64,000 bases of DNA, from the NCBI GenBank assembly GCA_028534125.1, contig CM052817.1, positions 106,146,001 through 106,210,000 on the forward strand, read 5' to 3'. Numbering within the stretch: position 1 is the first letter of the stretch; the number at the start of each line of letters is the position of its first letter. Below, piece by piece: positions 1 to 13,720 of the stretch. The notes beneath the pieces are model-generated. The model made no database searches. It was given only the letters and a program-made list of their open reading frames with translations, and was not told where the DNA came from. A program made the position numbers and the translations under genes. The stretch comes from Lama glama. Lineage: Eukaryota.

Positions 1-2254
1 CCATGATTCTGAAAAGCAAAGATAAATGAACAAACACATTATGAAAAGCTCAAAATCAAGGAAATCACCTGGAGAATAAAAAAGCACTAATCTGGGATAC
101 CTAACATAACAAAGAAGGTTCAAATAATTGAATAACTTATTTAAATTTGTTATGAAATCTATTTTTTAAAGAATTATTAAGCCCTCGTATCTTCACTCTG
201 TTTCACAAAGTGAAATTTCATGTGGACTATGGATTCTTGTACATATATATATGCTACAAAAAAGCACAAATCTAGCATGCTTGTGTTCGGAAATTCCACA
301 AAGTGTGAGCCCTCATCTAATCTATGCATAGAGAAAGATGCGAATTCTCAAAGCTTGTGAAATGTATTTATATACGTACATGTCAGAAATAAGGGTTTTG
401 CATGCCTTTTATTTAGCTTGTGTGATTAACATGTGATGAAATTTGAGGACGTTGTGGAGAGCAGGATTATAGCTGTGAACACAGCGGAGATTAATCCTGA
501 GGGAGATGTTAAGACAAGATCTTAAGGGGCTTTGTCTTTGCTGATTGATTCAAATAGTCAACCAGTGGGCATCTCCGATGCACGGAGAGAAAGTTCCAGT
601 TGCATGTAGTCCACGAGCATCCATCAGACCTGTTCTGGGTTATAAAGCTCATTCACACAATTGTTCTCAGCGGCCACCAGCCAGATGCTTCCGTGTGCAT
701 GGCTGCAGGCTGGACATCCAGTTCATTGGAGTGTCTCTCCTTTTCCAACTCTTCTTGGTTGTGGCTGTTCTTCCTATAAATGACTCCCTTTTACATTCTG
801 ATTCTAGTTTCATCAACAAACCGATAGTTCAACAATGCTTGTAATTTTGCCCACACCATAAGCAGTAGTGCCTTAATAGAAAAGATCATTGCCCCTAACT
901 CAGTGTTTACATTTTATTAATTCTTCAATCTATAGATTATCCTACTTTATGAAGCTCAAATATTTGAAATACACTTAACACATTATCATATGGATCTGAA
1001 AATAGCGAAAACTCAGCAAAATGTATGACTGTCCGTTTGAAACTCTCTAAAGGTGAACTTTGTTAGCAATTAAGAAAGGATATGTGAAACTTCAATGTTT
1101 TTATGATGTTAATGCAAATATAATATTTCAGATAATCATCCACAGAGACTAGACCATAAATCTTCAGCAAAAATAGACAGATAAATGATTCACTTTAAAA
1201 TTCTCCCCAAATGACTCACAGAAACTTTAGAAACAGGAAACATTTCTCCTATGGCTGTTGCCCATTTTCCTAAGCAGAGAAGCTCAAGTATTTGCACCCA
1301 TCAAACTAAGACATAAAATAAAAATAAGTAAATAAACACTTTCAAAAGCTGAAAAATAATCAGTGTTATTATGTTTTCTTCAGTTCTTATTCAACAAACA
1401 TTGATAATAGACAATTAACATTTCAGTTTTATTGGTAAGAATGATCCTAAATCACACTTCATAGGGAAAACACACAACATAAGATTTGTACTTGAATGTG
1501 TTCATTTTCCAGATTCAACTGATGATCAGTGCACTAAAAGTCATTCTTCACTGGTTTCGCTTTTAGTTCTGTACGCTTTACATACATACAGGTCTTTAAT
1601 TATGAAAGTGTATACTCCACTTAAAATTCTGGCAAAGGAACATTTTATGTGTATAATAAAGACAAAATACCACAGGTAGGTTATAAAGATGGTAAAGATA
1701 TTAAATAAGGTTATAAAATTAGCTTCTGTGTTGTGTGTTAGAAATGAAAGCATCCTTTAGAAACAGAGGATAATGAGTTGGAGCTATTTGAAGAAAAATA
1801 TATGCATGCATCGGGATTAGAGAGATTACCTGGTGAATTGTCATTAGAGAAAAATGCTGAACAATTGAAAAGCTCTAAGTATAGTTTTTTTTTATTCCAG
1901 AGAAATAGAGATTTCATCTTTAGAGATGTTAACTACTTCAAAAATTAAATACATTTTAATTGTGTAGACTTAGGTTATCTTTGTAACAGGTAACTAGAAA
2001 GTTTACTAAGTTAATGTCAACCTGTACTTGTTAATGCATCTTACACACTTTCCAACTCTTACTTGAATAATTTCAAATACATAATGAAGAATTTAAAGTG
2101 ACCCTGATTGAATTTTTAAAAAATCTTTTTATTATCAAGCTCCAGAGAAAAATTAAATGTTAAATCCACTCAATTTAATATCCCAGGGTGCTAAAAAATA
2201 AGCACATGTAGAGTCTTTAACATGTGAAGACATTGTTCAAAGTAGTCTAGAAAT

Positions 2255-2400
2255 AATATCTCAGTTAATTCTCACAAAAATGCCTTGAGTGTGGCCCCAC
2301 AGATATCTCAGTTTTGCACAACATTTAAGCATCTTATCCAAGTTTTCACAACTACTAGCTAGTGGATCCTGAGTTGGAATCCAGGCAACCGATACAGTTT
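2255..2400 (-). mobile_element. MIR SINE fragment
   Basis: ttaattctcacaaaaa...ccaagttttcacaactactagctagtgg...ggaatccaggca resembles the reverse-strand MIR core; highly decayed. Confidence 0.6.
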
Positions 2401-2452
2401 GGTTCTTTCTTCAGAAGCAACACGGCCTCGCAATAGGAATTATGCTGCACTG

Positions 2453-2660
2453 CTTTTTTTTTTTTAATTGAAGTTTAGTCAGTTACAATGTGTCAATTTC
2501 TGGTGTACACCATATTGTCCCAGTCATGCATATATATATATATATGTATATAAATACATATATTCATTTTCATATTCTTTTTGATTAAAGGTTATTACAA
2601 GATATTGAGTATAGTTTGCTGTGCTATACAGAACAAATCTGTTTTGTATCTATTTTTATA
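2453..2660 (-). mobile_element. 5'-truncated L1 3' end (camelid-type subfamily)
   Basis: Poly(T) followed by aattgaagtttagtcagttacaatgtgtcaatttctggtgtac...gtcccagtcatgc, the reverse complement of the L1 ends at 10060-10120 and 44017-44075. Confidence 0.9.
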
Positions 2661-3410
2661 CTGCCTCTTGAAAGACATTAAAGGCCAAAATCAAATGATC
2701 TGGCCCTTTTGAGATACAGTTCAAATTCTAAAATTCTTGAGTTATAACAAAGTCCAAAGAATCAACTTTCCTCATTTTATTTCCTGGTCAAGGTGAGGGT
2801 GACAAGAGAGGGCACTGTGAATGGAATTGAGAGCAACTGAATTGGTCAAAGGTCAAAGCTCTGGTGGATCTCAATGTATAGAGACAAGAAATAAGAAAAG
2901 GAAAGACCAATGTTATGCTCTTCTAATACCCTTAAGATTTAGGAAAGGCCTCTGCCACCCAGTTATCTGGCCCTAAAGCAGTCATCTCAGGTGAAATCAC
3001 GTTCTTAGAACAGTTACAAATATGGCAACAGATCGCAGCAGTAATTCCGTGGTACCTGAGAGAAGGAGACACTTTGTCAGGCTCATCAGCTCGACAATCA
3101 GTGGATAAAAGTTGTCAGGAATATAAAACCTCTGAATTTAAGCTTATTTTGGCAAATCTCTCAACATGCTAATTTTGTACTAGGCACGCACAGTATCTGT
3201 GGGGTGATTCAACTTGTGTAGATGAATCATAGCTGCCATTTTTTGCAAAGTTTGGAAATTTGTCATGTTGGCAAAGCCCCAGTTAGCAGAAATAACTGAA
3301 GGTGACTTTATTTTATATCCAGTATATGCAGAACTTCTTAATCTCCGTGTCTTCTGAGTCCCCTGTCTCTGGCACTCTGTTCTGCATTGAGAGTGGTCTT
3401 GACCAAGTAT

Positions 3411-4022
3411 TTATTTATTTTTTAAATTTTAATTGAAGTATACTTGATTTGCAATGCTCTGTTAGTTTCAGGGGGTATAGCAAAGTGATTCAATTATATA
3501 TACATACATATATATATATATATATTATTTTTCAGATTATTTTCCATTATGGGTTATTGCAAGATATTGAATATAGTTCTCTGTGCTGTACAGTAGGTCC
3601 TTATTGTTTATCTATTTTATATACAGTAGTGTGTATCTGTTAATCCCAAACTCTTAATTTATGCCTCCTCCTCTTCCCCTTTGGTAACTGTAGTTTGTTT
3701 TCTATGTCTGTGAGTCTATTTCCAGTTTGTAAATAAGTTCATTTGTATCATTTTTTTAGATTCCACATATAAGTGATATCATATGATTTTTGTCTTTCTC
3801 TGACTGACTTACTATGATAATCTATATATCAAACCATGTTGTTACAGATGGCATTATTTCAATTTTTTTTCATGACTAATGTTCCCTTGTGTGTACACAC
3901 ACACACACATATAACACAACTTCTTTATCCGATCTTCTGTGGATGGACATTTAGGTTGCTTCCATATTTTAGCTATTGTAAATAGTGCTGCTATGAACAT
4001 TGGGGCTCACATATCTTTTCAA
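3411..4022 (-). mobile_element. L1 3' UTR fragment
   Basis: T-rich tail, then L1 3'UTR motifs (gatattgaatatagttctctgtgctgtacagtagg, ttttagattccacatataagtgatatcatatg, ggacatttaggttgcttccat). Confidence 0.9.
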
Positions 4023-5782
4023 TATGTATTGTTTCATTTATTATATTTATTGCGACTTAGGGGTAGCTAGACATTCTAGTAAAAGAGGTCTCTTATAAAT
4101 CATGATGATCGTTCAGTTGGCTTTGAATAATCCCAAATGATTAATCTATTTAGTTTGAATCTACAAGGAACAATATATAGCACTTCTAGATGTACTGCGT
4201 TCTGCAAATATTTAGCATGCTTCTGTAGGAAAAACACTTTTTAAAATGAATTTACTTCTGTTTATTATAAAAATATTTTTTCTAAGGAAAAAAATGGCAC
4301 TCTAAAAGCACTATTTAGGTTAAAAAATGTATTCCTTTTGCTTGTTTCGAGCAGCCAGTTAAATTCAGAGTTGTCTCATCAAGGAAAGGATGGGCTCAGT
4401 GAACTGAAAGAAAACATTGATGTTTTAAGTAATTATTTAAATTTTTTCCTTTGAGTTATTTTTTTTATGTTTTGCCTACAGAGAGAAATATTTTGAGTCC
4501 AGCTAAAATGTTGTAGTAGAGAGAAGTTGTGGAAGATCTCAAAAATCAACTGAGACATTTTTATACGGTTAGACAGTATTTTAAAAATAAATAAGAAACA
4601 GAAATGTATAACAGCAAAATACTGATATCCTAAGATCTCTTGACATTTAAACTCTTATGACAAAAACTCATCAATATATTGGGTGTCTTTATAGGAACAT
4701 ATTTCAAGAAAACTATTAGAAAAAAGTCTAGTTATACTACTGAATCAACACTTATTTTATATTTAGAAGGATGAGCAGCAAAAGATACAACTTGCTATGA
4801 GAGATATTGATTCTTAAATAAACCTAGGAATCTTTGATCATTCCATTTCAATATGGCCATCATTACTGCAAAGTGCTCTACTAACTATTAAGGATGTGGC
4901 CCTCTGGCCTGAAAGATGGCATTGTCATGGTTGTCTAAAAAATATTTTCATGGTTTATGGAATTTGTTCCTTGAAGGCATGAAATAGTCAGTCAACAACA
5001 TTTATGTAAAAATTTATGTAACATGTATGTAAAATAGTGCTACACGATGTTTTAACCAAAAATAAAAATATCTAGTCAGAAAAGAAAATGTTCTAGGTTT
5101 TATTAGTGTTACATACCAGTGTAAATTCAGTCACAAATTTGCATTGCTGGTTTTCCACTGTATTTTTCAAAAGAAAATAAAAATGAGCAAACAATATACT
5201 GATGAATTAAACAATATTATGTATGCATAGTTATTTAACTCATACATGTATTTTAAATAACCAGAGTAATATTTGTTCCTCCAGGTGAAGAGGAGAAACC
5301 TGTTAAAATAATGGAAGACATAAACGCAGGTCTCCAGGAGATGTCTCTCCAAGGACCTTTTATAATGCCAAGAATCAAGGCATTTTATTAAAATGTGCAC
5401 TGAGCTGAAATTCAGGAGACGGATGTTCTAGAGACTTTTTGCTATTAATTCACTGTGGATTTTTAAACATTTCCTATAGTCTTTATATTCTCCCTCTCTC
5501 TGTATTTCAATTTGTGTTAAATAATACAAAGATTTTGAAACGCTTGATCGCTAAGAAGAAATGGATTCTGCAGCCTAAGAAGTGGCATGATATGTCATCA
5601 CTGCTGTTATTACTAAGCTTACATTTCTTTGCTCCCATAGCTTAAATGATGAGAAAATTTGGCTCACATACAAATATCAAGCCCAGGGTTCTCACCAGTA
5701 CCTTGTGGATTTCCCTACCTTTCCCAACATGTATCAGAAGTGGGTCCAGATGTCCAGAGCCAATCCACTTCGCAATACTTTT

Positions 5783-5983
5783 GTTTGTTTGTTTTTACAT
5801 TTTATTTTTTATTGCAGTGTAGTTTATTTACAATGTTAGTTTCAGGTGGACAGCAAAGCAATTCAGTTATACACACATATATATATATATAAACATATAT
5901 ACATATATTAACATATATTTTCAGATTCTTTTCCATTATAGCTTATTATAAGAAATTGAATATAGTTCCCTGTGCTCTACAGT
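5783..5983 (-). mobile_element. Short L1 3' end with 17-bp TSD
   Basis: TSD cacttcgcaatactttt (5766-5782) / cacatcacaatactttt (5984-6000); L1 3'UTR motifs between them. Confidence 0.9.
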
Positions 5984-6039
5984 CACATCACAATACTTTT
6001 TACTTCTATCAACATGAACCAAAATTGAGCCCCAGACAC

Positions 6040-6150
6040 AAGACATTTTTACTAATGGAAAGACTGAGATTTGGTGAAACTGTATAATTTAACCACAGTC
6101 TCCTAACTAGGACATGGTGAAGCTGAGATTGGAAAATCAGGGTCTCGCTC
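6040..6150 (-). mobile_element. MIR fragment
   Basis: catttttactaatggaaagactgag...aactaggacatggtgaagctgagatt resembles the MIR core. Confidence 0.5.
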
Positions 6151-7749
6151 TTAGGAATGAAAGTAACGAAAGATGGCAAAGGTATCTTGTGCCTAGGAAC
6201 GTGATTCCAGATTACATGGTATTTTCAGATTTACTCATAGTCAAAAAAGCTGTTTAATTCCATTTTAAGTCAGAATTGAATTTGGTGTGAGTAGCTGGTT
6301 TTCTAAGTTTCCAATTATTCTTTTCTTTCATTATGATGTTATAAACTACTTTTGGGTAACAGTGATTGCAAATTTAAAAAATGCAGTGGCATTATACAGC
6401 ATTGTTTTAAAATGATTCGTTTTCTTGGAAATTTCATATTTTAAATAATAACAAAGTTTTTCAAAACACAATTATGTTATGACCTTCTGGACAATAGTCC
6501 AACAGTAATATCTTAATCCAGATAATACAATTACTCAATATGTGCAGCAAAATTAGTACTATGGATTAAACGGTTTCACCATTTCTTAACTTGAAAATCC
6601 AGGCTCTTCTAATTTGACTTATGTATATGCTCAAAAAACATCTATATATTTTATTTTGCAATGTATATCCCAAGGAGGCAAGATTTTGTAATTTATATCA
6701 AAGGCAAGTAAATGCCTCCACACTCATAAAACAGCACTTTTAGTTCCATAGTTTATGTGTTGACTGTGAGATCACTTGGAACTTCAAGGCTGAAATGTCT
6801 TCTGCCCAAGTTCTATGTTTATGAAGACTGAAATGTAAGAAATGGTCTTCCTGTCAGGTTTTAAAAATGATAGTCCAAAGAGAAAAGCGTGTGACCCTAG
6901 TGAGGTGTAAGAAGTCTGTCCTTAGGGAGAATTTATGTTGTGTTACTATGAGTGGGGAGACAGAAACTTCCCCATTTAGACCTCTGTGTCGCTCCAGCTC
7001 AGAGGACCCAGTTTTAGGACTTCTGTCCTTTATGATACACAGAGAAAAGTGAGAAAGTGTCCTTTTCCTTCACACAAGCACCTTCTCTTATTTGTTGACA
7101 ATTGCCTCAAATATTAGTACTTTTGGCTTTCTAATTATACTGTATTTCATGCTATTCATTCTACTTTAATAAATACATAAAAATGTCCATGACAGATAAT
7201 TATATTGGAGAAAATAGCCAACAAAGCTATTACTTGTACTCCATTAGTCACCAAGACAAACCAACACAAAAACTTTGAACCACAGGCTGCACTGTTGCAA
7301 TGTCAGCCCACTGAGCACCATGGCTTCTCAGCACACTCAAATTTGAAAGTCCAAGTCCAAGCACAAACATCTAAGGAATTATTTTGCATTCATTAAATTT
7401 TTGATTGAATGCAAAATAAAGTAGTTGATTTATTACAACCTCAGTTAGCAAGGAACCAGGAGGAAAAAAAAAATTGTAAGTGAATGGGAACAAAGATTGC
7501 TTTGAAAAGCTAGGAATGAAAATAATGGCAAACGTTCATAACGTGCCTGTGTTAACTCATTTAGGTGAACATGTACTTACCTGTATAGCTATTTAAGCTG
7601 TTAAGCCCTCGGAGGCATACTATTGTTAACTCATTTCTTTTACGGTTGCCTTTTCATTATGGGCAAGATATGCAAATATCGGCAACCTACCGGGTTGCTA
7701 AGGCTCTCAATTCTAACTATATACAACCAGGAACTGGGCATAAATACTG

Positions 7750-8195
7750 CAGATCTTGCTCGACCTACAATGAGGTTATGGTCATAAGTTGACAATATAG
7801 TAAGTGCAAAATGCATTTAATACATCTAACCCACCGAGCACTATGGCTTAGCCTCGCCTACCACAAACATGTTCAGAACACTCACTTAAACCTACAGTTG
7901 GACAACATTATCTACAACAAAGCCTGTTTTACAATAAAATAGGGAGTATCTCATGTAATTTATTGAATACTGTACTGAAAGTGAAAAACAGAGTGGTCAT
8001 ATGGGTACAGAAAGGTTGTCAGGGTGTCCGTGGTTTACTTGCATAATCGCGTGGCTGACTAGGACCTGCCACAGGCCAGCATCGCGAGAGAGGATCTTAC
8101 TGTCTGTCATTACTCTAGGAAAAGATCAAAACTCAAAATTCAGAGTGGCTTTTGCCCCATTATAAAGTCAAACCATTGTAAGCCAAGGATTGTCT
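7750..8195 (+). mobile_element. MER47/Tigger5-derived non-autonomous DNA transposon (TcMar-Tigger)
   Basis: Starts cagatcttgctcgacctacaatg, ends aaccattgtaagccaaggattgtct followed by TA; interior gcatttaatacatctaacc...ttattgaatactgtactgaaagtgaaaaacaga matches the recalled MER47 consensus. Confidence 0.85.
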
Positions 8196-8283
8196 TAGAA
8201 GGATTTGGGTCTTGTTAGACCCAACATGAAGTTTTCCATTGCAGCATCTCAAATACCTGGAAAAAATATATTTTGATTAACAG

Positions 8284-8350
8284 CAGGGTTAGCCAACTTT
8301 TTCTGGTAAAGGGCCAGAGAGTAAATATTTTTGGTTTTGCCAGTCACAAA
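8284..8350. mobile_element. MER58 (hAT-Charlie) terminal fragment
   Basis: cagggttagccaactttttctggtaaagggccagagagtaaatattt is a typical MER58 end. Confidence 0.75.
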
Positions 8351-8369
8351 CAATCTCTTTAACGTATTT

Positions 8370-8850
8370 GGAAGTCAGGTATAAGGGTCTCCCACTGGCC
8401 AAATGTGGAACATTTTAGCATCATAAATTGTGTCCCCTCAAATTGATTCAGGCGAGAATAAATAAGGAAGTCTAGAACTAGTGATTCACAGATTAACAAG
8501 AAGTGGGTGTTTGCATAATCTCAGTGTATCATCTATAAAATAATTGTTAATTACAAAGGGAAGATGGATAATTTTACGGTAGAGAAAATTGGCAGCCACC
8601 ACCTTAGTCCAGTTAACCAAGTCTCCACAATCAGCAATTCAACACATAGAACTTGTGTACCACCTAACAAAATGCAATTTGAAGACAATAAATAAAGTGG
8701 AGTCATTTCTGTGATATTTCTGCCCCCCCCAAAAGGATCACCTGGCTTTATTCATGAAGAAGCAAGAGATAAGTCCAACCTGATAAACGTTCTACAAGTG
8801 TTCTTGCAAAGTTTTTGTAAGGTTGAAATCTTACTGAAATCCAATACGCA
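8370..8850 (+). mobile_element. Old L1 (L1MC-like) 3' UTR fragment
   Basis: ctcccactggccaaatgtggaaca, ttaattacaaaggg...gagaaaattggcag, catttctgtgatatttctgcc motifs. Confidence 0.7.
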
Positions 8851-8859
8851 AAAATAAAA

Positions 8860-8975
8860 CAAATTCCTGGAACCCAGGCCAGAATGAAGAAATCAGAATC
8901 TCTGGAAATGGCACCCAGAAAATGGCGTTTTTAAACCTCCCCCAGGTGATGCTGATTTACAGCCAGCTTTGAGAT
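8860..8975. mobile_element. MER5 (hAT-Charlie) fragment
   Basis: aatcagaatctctgg...cccagaaaatggcgtttttaaacctccccaggtgatgctgat. Confidence 0.75.
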
Positions 8976-9699
8976 TTGTAGATCTGTGTAAGGTACAGAG
9001 CAGTCATTGGCAGGGCCGAGGGCTGTGTCCTGAGTTGAGTGATCCATACAAGAAAGTCCTTAAGTAAACCATTTCCAAACCATTTGCAGAATCCCATGAA
9101 GTAGATCCTCCTGAGACATTGTTCAAGACTAAAATCATACTTCCTTTCTCAGTCAAGCGCTCTGAAACTTCACAGCCAGAAACAGTCCCAAGAAAAACAA
9201 GCTGATGGAAATTGAAGAGTTTTATTCAGGCTTGCTTCCTTGGGGCATGCTAGGGTCTGGTTTTAGTCACCTACCTCGTAAATGTGAGGGAAGATAATTA
9301 TTAAATTTTTTGTAGGAAGGAGAGTCAAAAGTTTTCAATCCATGGAGAAACAGCTTCTAAAGACAGAGGAAGTTCATTGAAAGCTATTCTTTGGGCATTA
9401 AGATCTGAGAAACGTACACATTCCTGCAAATAATCTTATCCCAATGATCAGGGACTTGGTCTTCCCCAAACAATTTTTGAATGTTTGCACAATCAAGAAG
9501 AGAAGTTATGAACTCAGTTGACATTCAGAATCTGTAGAATTAAACTTGTCATTGTTTTCAATATTCATACATGAATCTACATGAATCAGATGGAGTCAGG
9601 ACCATCAGAGAATATTTGAGAGTTTCAAGTTGTACACTCAGAAGCGTCCTATACATGTTGTATTCAGGCAAAAGATTTTGTGTTAAAGATGCCATTGTC

Positions 9700-10126
9700 A
9701 TCTGCAGCAACATGGATGGACTTAGAGATCATCATTCTAAGTGAAGTAAGCCAGAAAGGGAAAGAAAAATATCATATGTTATCACTCATATATGGAATCT
9801 AAAAAAAAAAAGGACACTATGAACTGATCTACAAAATAGAAACAGACTCACAGACATAGTAAACAATCTTATGGTTACCAGGGAAAAGGGGCCGGAAGGG
9901 ATAAATTTAGGAGTTTGAAATTTACAAATGTTAGCCACTATATATAAAAATAGATTTTAAAAAAATTTCTTCTGCATAGCACAGGGAACTATGTTCAATA
10001 TCTTGTAATAACCTTCAATGAAAAAGAATATGAAAACGAATCTATGTATGTATATGCATGACTGGGACATTGTGCTGTGCATCAGAAATTGACACAATGT
10101 AATCGACTGTACTTCAGTTTAAAAAA
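9700..10126 (+). mobile_element. 5'-truncated L1 (camelid-type) with 15-bp TSD
   Basis: TSD aaagatgccattgtc (9685-9699) / aaagatgccactgtc (10127-10141); gcagcaacatggatggac...poly(A). Confidence 0.95.
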
Positions 10127-10769
10127 AAAGATGCCACTGTCCTAGGACAGACATAGAATGCACAGTAGAGTCAGAGTTCACGGGCACTGGCCCCACACGC
10201 ACCCTCTGTTGTCCCGGGGCTTACACACACTTTGGCTTTTCTTTTCTCCCCTTCTCTTTGGGAGCTGGCTCCTCACGTTGCCTACAGCCTAACAACGTCA
10301 ACAGGGCACAGTCCACATCAACTCCCAGCTCCAGTCAATTGAGATCTCACAGGCTTCTTTGTCATTCATTCTAAATCTCAAGAGAATCTGACCTGCTACC
10401 AATTACCTAATCATGGGGCGAGCGGACTAATTCGGTCTGATTATTTAGAACCCATATGCTTGAACTCGTGCAGATCTAAGTATTTGAATTTGTCACTCTC
10501 TTGTGTTAAATTATGACAGATTACCAGCCATGGAAGTGGTTCTCTGGGTCATAGTATTTTATTTTAATTTTTTACCTGCTTTGCCAAAAGTCTGGTTCTC
10601 TGGTTCACGTGTCTGCACATGCTAATATTGTTATGTCTCATCCTGAAATATAAATGCTTCCTTCCTCTTCTTAATTTTGTAGCTAATTCCAAATAGCTTT
10701 TTTTTTCTTTCCTGAGTGTTCATTCTAAGTAGCCATTTTTCTAAGTTGCCATTCTAAGTAGCAAGTTTT

Positions 10770-11130
10770 TAATCAGCTAGTTATTTTTGGTTAAAAACTC
10801 AAAACAAACCTGATTATTGGTTGGCAGGTGGGAAATTTATCATGAGAGTATTAGGAGCTTATATAAATGAGAGGATAACAGGATGGTAATCGAGGCAGAA
10901 CAGAGTTCTGAGGTCTTCCTCGAGCTTTCCTTTAGGAATAGTCTTTGCAGTATCAGTTACCAGCTCTACTGGGTTGAGTGCCTATTAACTACTTCTGGTC
11001 TTGAGCCATTTGTTTGAGATTCCAAGTCTGAGGAGACGTCCCTGGACTGGCAGAGATTAGGATATGCCCCTAAGCCCTGGCTGAGGCACAATCAGTGAAC
11101 AGCTAGGACCAGAGAGCTTCCAGGAAACTC
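10770..11130. mobile_element. Possible ancient MaLR (MLT1-type) LTR remnant
   Basis: Weak resemblance only (gggaaatttatcatgagagtattaggagct; gagattccaagtctgaggagacgtccctggactgg). Confidence 0.3.
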
Positions 11131-11944
11131 TCAAGTACCCACAAAGAAATGGTGGGCATTGGGCTGTAATGGCTCACAAAAATAAACACAGTGGGCTAGC
11201 TTCTTTATTTTTTCAATAAAAAAATAACTCGGAGTGCTGGTAGAAATGACAAACGAGGAAGGAGGGAAAGCAAAACACCAAAGTAATTCATAGAAATGAT
11301 AAGAGAGGATAATAAGGGTGATATGACTACCTTGAAAATAATCCAAAACTCTGACTCCAAGGATTTGTATAATCAAAGGATGAGTGTAGGTGCTTAGGAG
11401 TCAAAAGAGTTGATTTTTCCCTAGTACTGTTTTCAAATATAACTTATTTAAAGTATGTATTTGTCCCCAGCTTTCCCTATTTTATTCAGCTCTATATAGA
11501 AAATTATTCTTTTAATTCCATTTATATCACACCACTTCATGGCCAAGATTACTTTTACGATCATCTGCAAGTTAGACAATTTTATACACAGGGACCCAGA
11601 TACAGGAACAACATAATTTCAGAACGTTTTTGAGTTATCTTCATGGTTCACTCATTAAACCTTGCGGGTTCTATGGTTCTTATTTTAAGAAATCCTTTCT
11701 AACGGATGACCCATGAGTAGATTTCAAATCCAGGATACGTTTTCAGTAATGTCATTAACATTTCTGGAATTTTCCACTCCAGAATCATTTATCATAATTG
11801 TTATTTGTTAAGATGATACCTGGTGTGCCAAGAGATTTTATTTTTCAGTATTATTTTTATGATTTAAAAAATAACACCTAATTATTAGAGAACATTTAGA
11901 CATCATGACTTTTTAAATAAGATTATATTTATTATTTAAAGAAC

Positions 11945-12394
11945 TAATGATAAATGCTGGAGAGGCTGTGGAGAAAAGGCAACCCTCCTGCACTATTGTT
12001 GGGAATGTAGTCTGGTGGAGCCACTGTGGAGGACAATATGGAGATTCCTCAAAAGACTAAAAGCAGACTTACCATATGATCCAGCAATCCCATTCCTGGG
12101 CATATATCCAGAGGGAACCTTAATTCAAAAAGACACATGCACCCCAATGTTCATAGCAGCATTGTTTACAATAGCCAAGACATGGAAACAACCTAAATGT
12201 CCATGAACAGATGACTAGATAAAAAGATTGTGGTATATTTATACAATGGAATACTTATCAGCCATAAAAAAGAATAAAATGATACCATTTGTAGTAACAT
12301 GGGTGGACCTGGAGATTGTCATTCTAAGTGATGAAAGCCAGAAAGAGAAAAAAAAACACTGTATGATATCACTCATATGTGGAATTTAAAAAAA
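11945..12394 (+). mobile_element. L1 fragment: ORF2 C-terminus and start of 3'UTR
   Basis: ORF 12015-12206 ([24 protein letters not shown]...CTPMFIAALFTIAKTWKQPKCP) is the L1 ORF2 C-terminus. Confidence 0.95.
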
Positions 12395-12454
12395 GTGTAA
12401 AAGACTTGAACTTCCTGTATATTTCCTGTATATCTACATCTATGTATATATCTT

Positions 12455-12520
12455 ATATATATATACACACACACACATACATACAAACACACACACACAC
12501 ACATATACACCACACACATA
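12455..12520. repeat. (TA)n/(CA)n microsatellite
   Basis: Seen directly. Confidence 0.9.
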
Positions 12521-12619
12521 GGCAATAGAAAAATATAAAACTAAATTGTATTGAATATTCAAAGAGAATTATGAGAGCATTTGCAAGAACAAATTTTGAA
12601 ATATGCGTGTGTGTGGATT

Positions 12620-13400
12620 GAGGAGTAGGTCAGATAAACCTTTGCTTAATCATGAAAACTGTGTGTAATCTGGCTGAAAGGAGGGAGAGGATGTTTCCTA
12701 GCAGGATAACGATACATGAGCAAAGGCCTCAGGTGGTTAAATAAAACTGTGTGTAGAAAAATAAAATCAGTGAAATGTGGTTGAATATAAAAGAGGCAAG
12801 AGACTGGATGGCGAGTGGGCCAGAGTGAGAGGGCGGGGGGTTATCTGGTGAAGGAGCTGATGCTTTGATTCTCATTTGATGGAAGGTTACTGAAGCTTTT
12901 TAAATGAATAGTGACTTAATCTGAAAGTCTTTTAAATAAATTGCCTGGAGGACATTGGAGGATGAATTTCACTGCGTCAACTTACAATCAGAGAGAGTAA
13001 TTTTTAAGTTAGTATAAGGACACTTAAGTGATAAGTGCCTGAAATGTGGTCAAGGAAAGTAACAGAGATGAGAGTAGGAAGCAGAATCACAAATCAATAC
13101 GGCGTAAAAGCCAAAGGACCGTGATTCACCAGGAAGCGGGAGATGGAGGGGTTAAGATCTGCTTGCTGACTGGAAGGTCAGATCCCTGACACAGATGACA
13201 CGCACAGGACAACGGATTAAAATGCTATTTAACATTGACCATGTTGAGTTGGCTTTCCTGTGATAGAGCCAGGGAAATCTTTCCAGTAAACATTTTTATG
13301 AAATGTGAAATTATAGGGAGATGCAAGGGAAGATGCTATGAGTTTGCAGGAGAAAGCGGGCACCATTATCGAGTTAATGAGACTAGCTAAAGTGGAAATG
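12620..13400 (-). mobile_element. L2 LINE fragment
   Basis: Purine-rich decayed motifs typical of antisense L2 (tgagcaaaggcctcagg, gaaggttactgaagctttttaaatgaatagtgac). Confidence 0.6.
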
Positions 13401-13429
13401 ACAGCAAGTCTTCCTGCACATGCTCATAT

Positions 13430-13645
13430 AAAATGATTTCCTTCCTCTCAAACAGCACTTAGCACAGCTCCGGATTTTTAGGAGGCTATTTAGGTGCCTG
13501 GTTTACATACTCCTGTTGGCATTCTGACAGGAGGGGATTTAGTATCATGTTTACCATTCTAACTTCAGTGCCTAGCATAGCTCTAGAATGTCTGAATAGC
13601 TTAATATTTTTAGATAGATCAATGAATAAAGAAATGGATGAAAGT
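13430..13645 (+). mobile_element. L2 3' end
   Basis: cagtgcctagcatag...aatgaataaagaaatggatgaa tail. Confidence 0.6.
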
Positions 13646-13720
13646 ATAATCTTGAGGCAAGTGCAAATTTAAAGGAGATAGAGAGACATGGAAAAATGAC
13701 CGTGAAAGCATGAATGAGAA

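Noticed and set aside
545..844. 99-aa ORF, and a possible minus-strand exon after tttatag near 775
   Set aside because: No recognisable protein in any frame and all minus frames stop quickly; a non-coding exon cannot be supported without transcript data
5273..5390. Acceptor-like ttgttcctccag followed by GEEEKPVKIMEDINAGLQEMSLQGPFIMPRIKAFY*
   Set aside because: Short, no recognised homology, no supporting neighbouring exons
10721..10762. Three short cattctaagtagc-like units
   Set aside because: Ordinary slippage duplication; no spacer structure, not CRISPR-like
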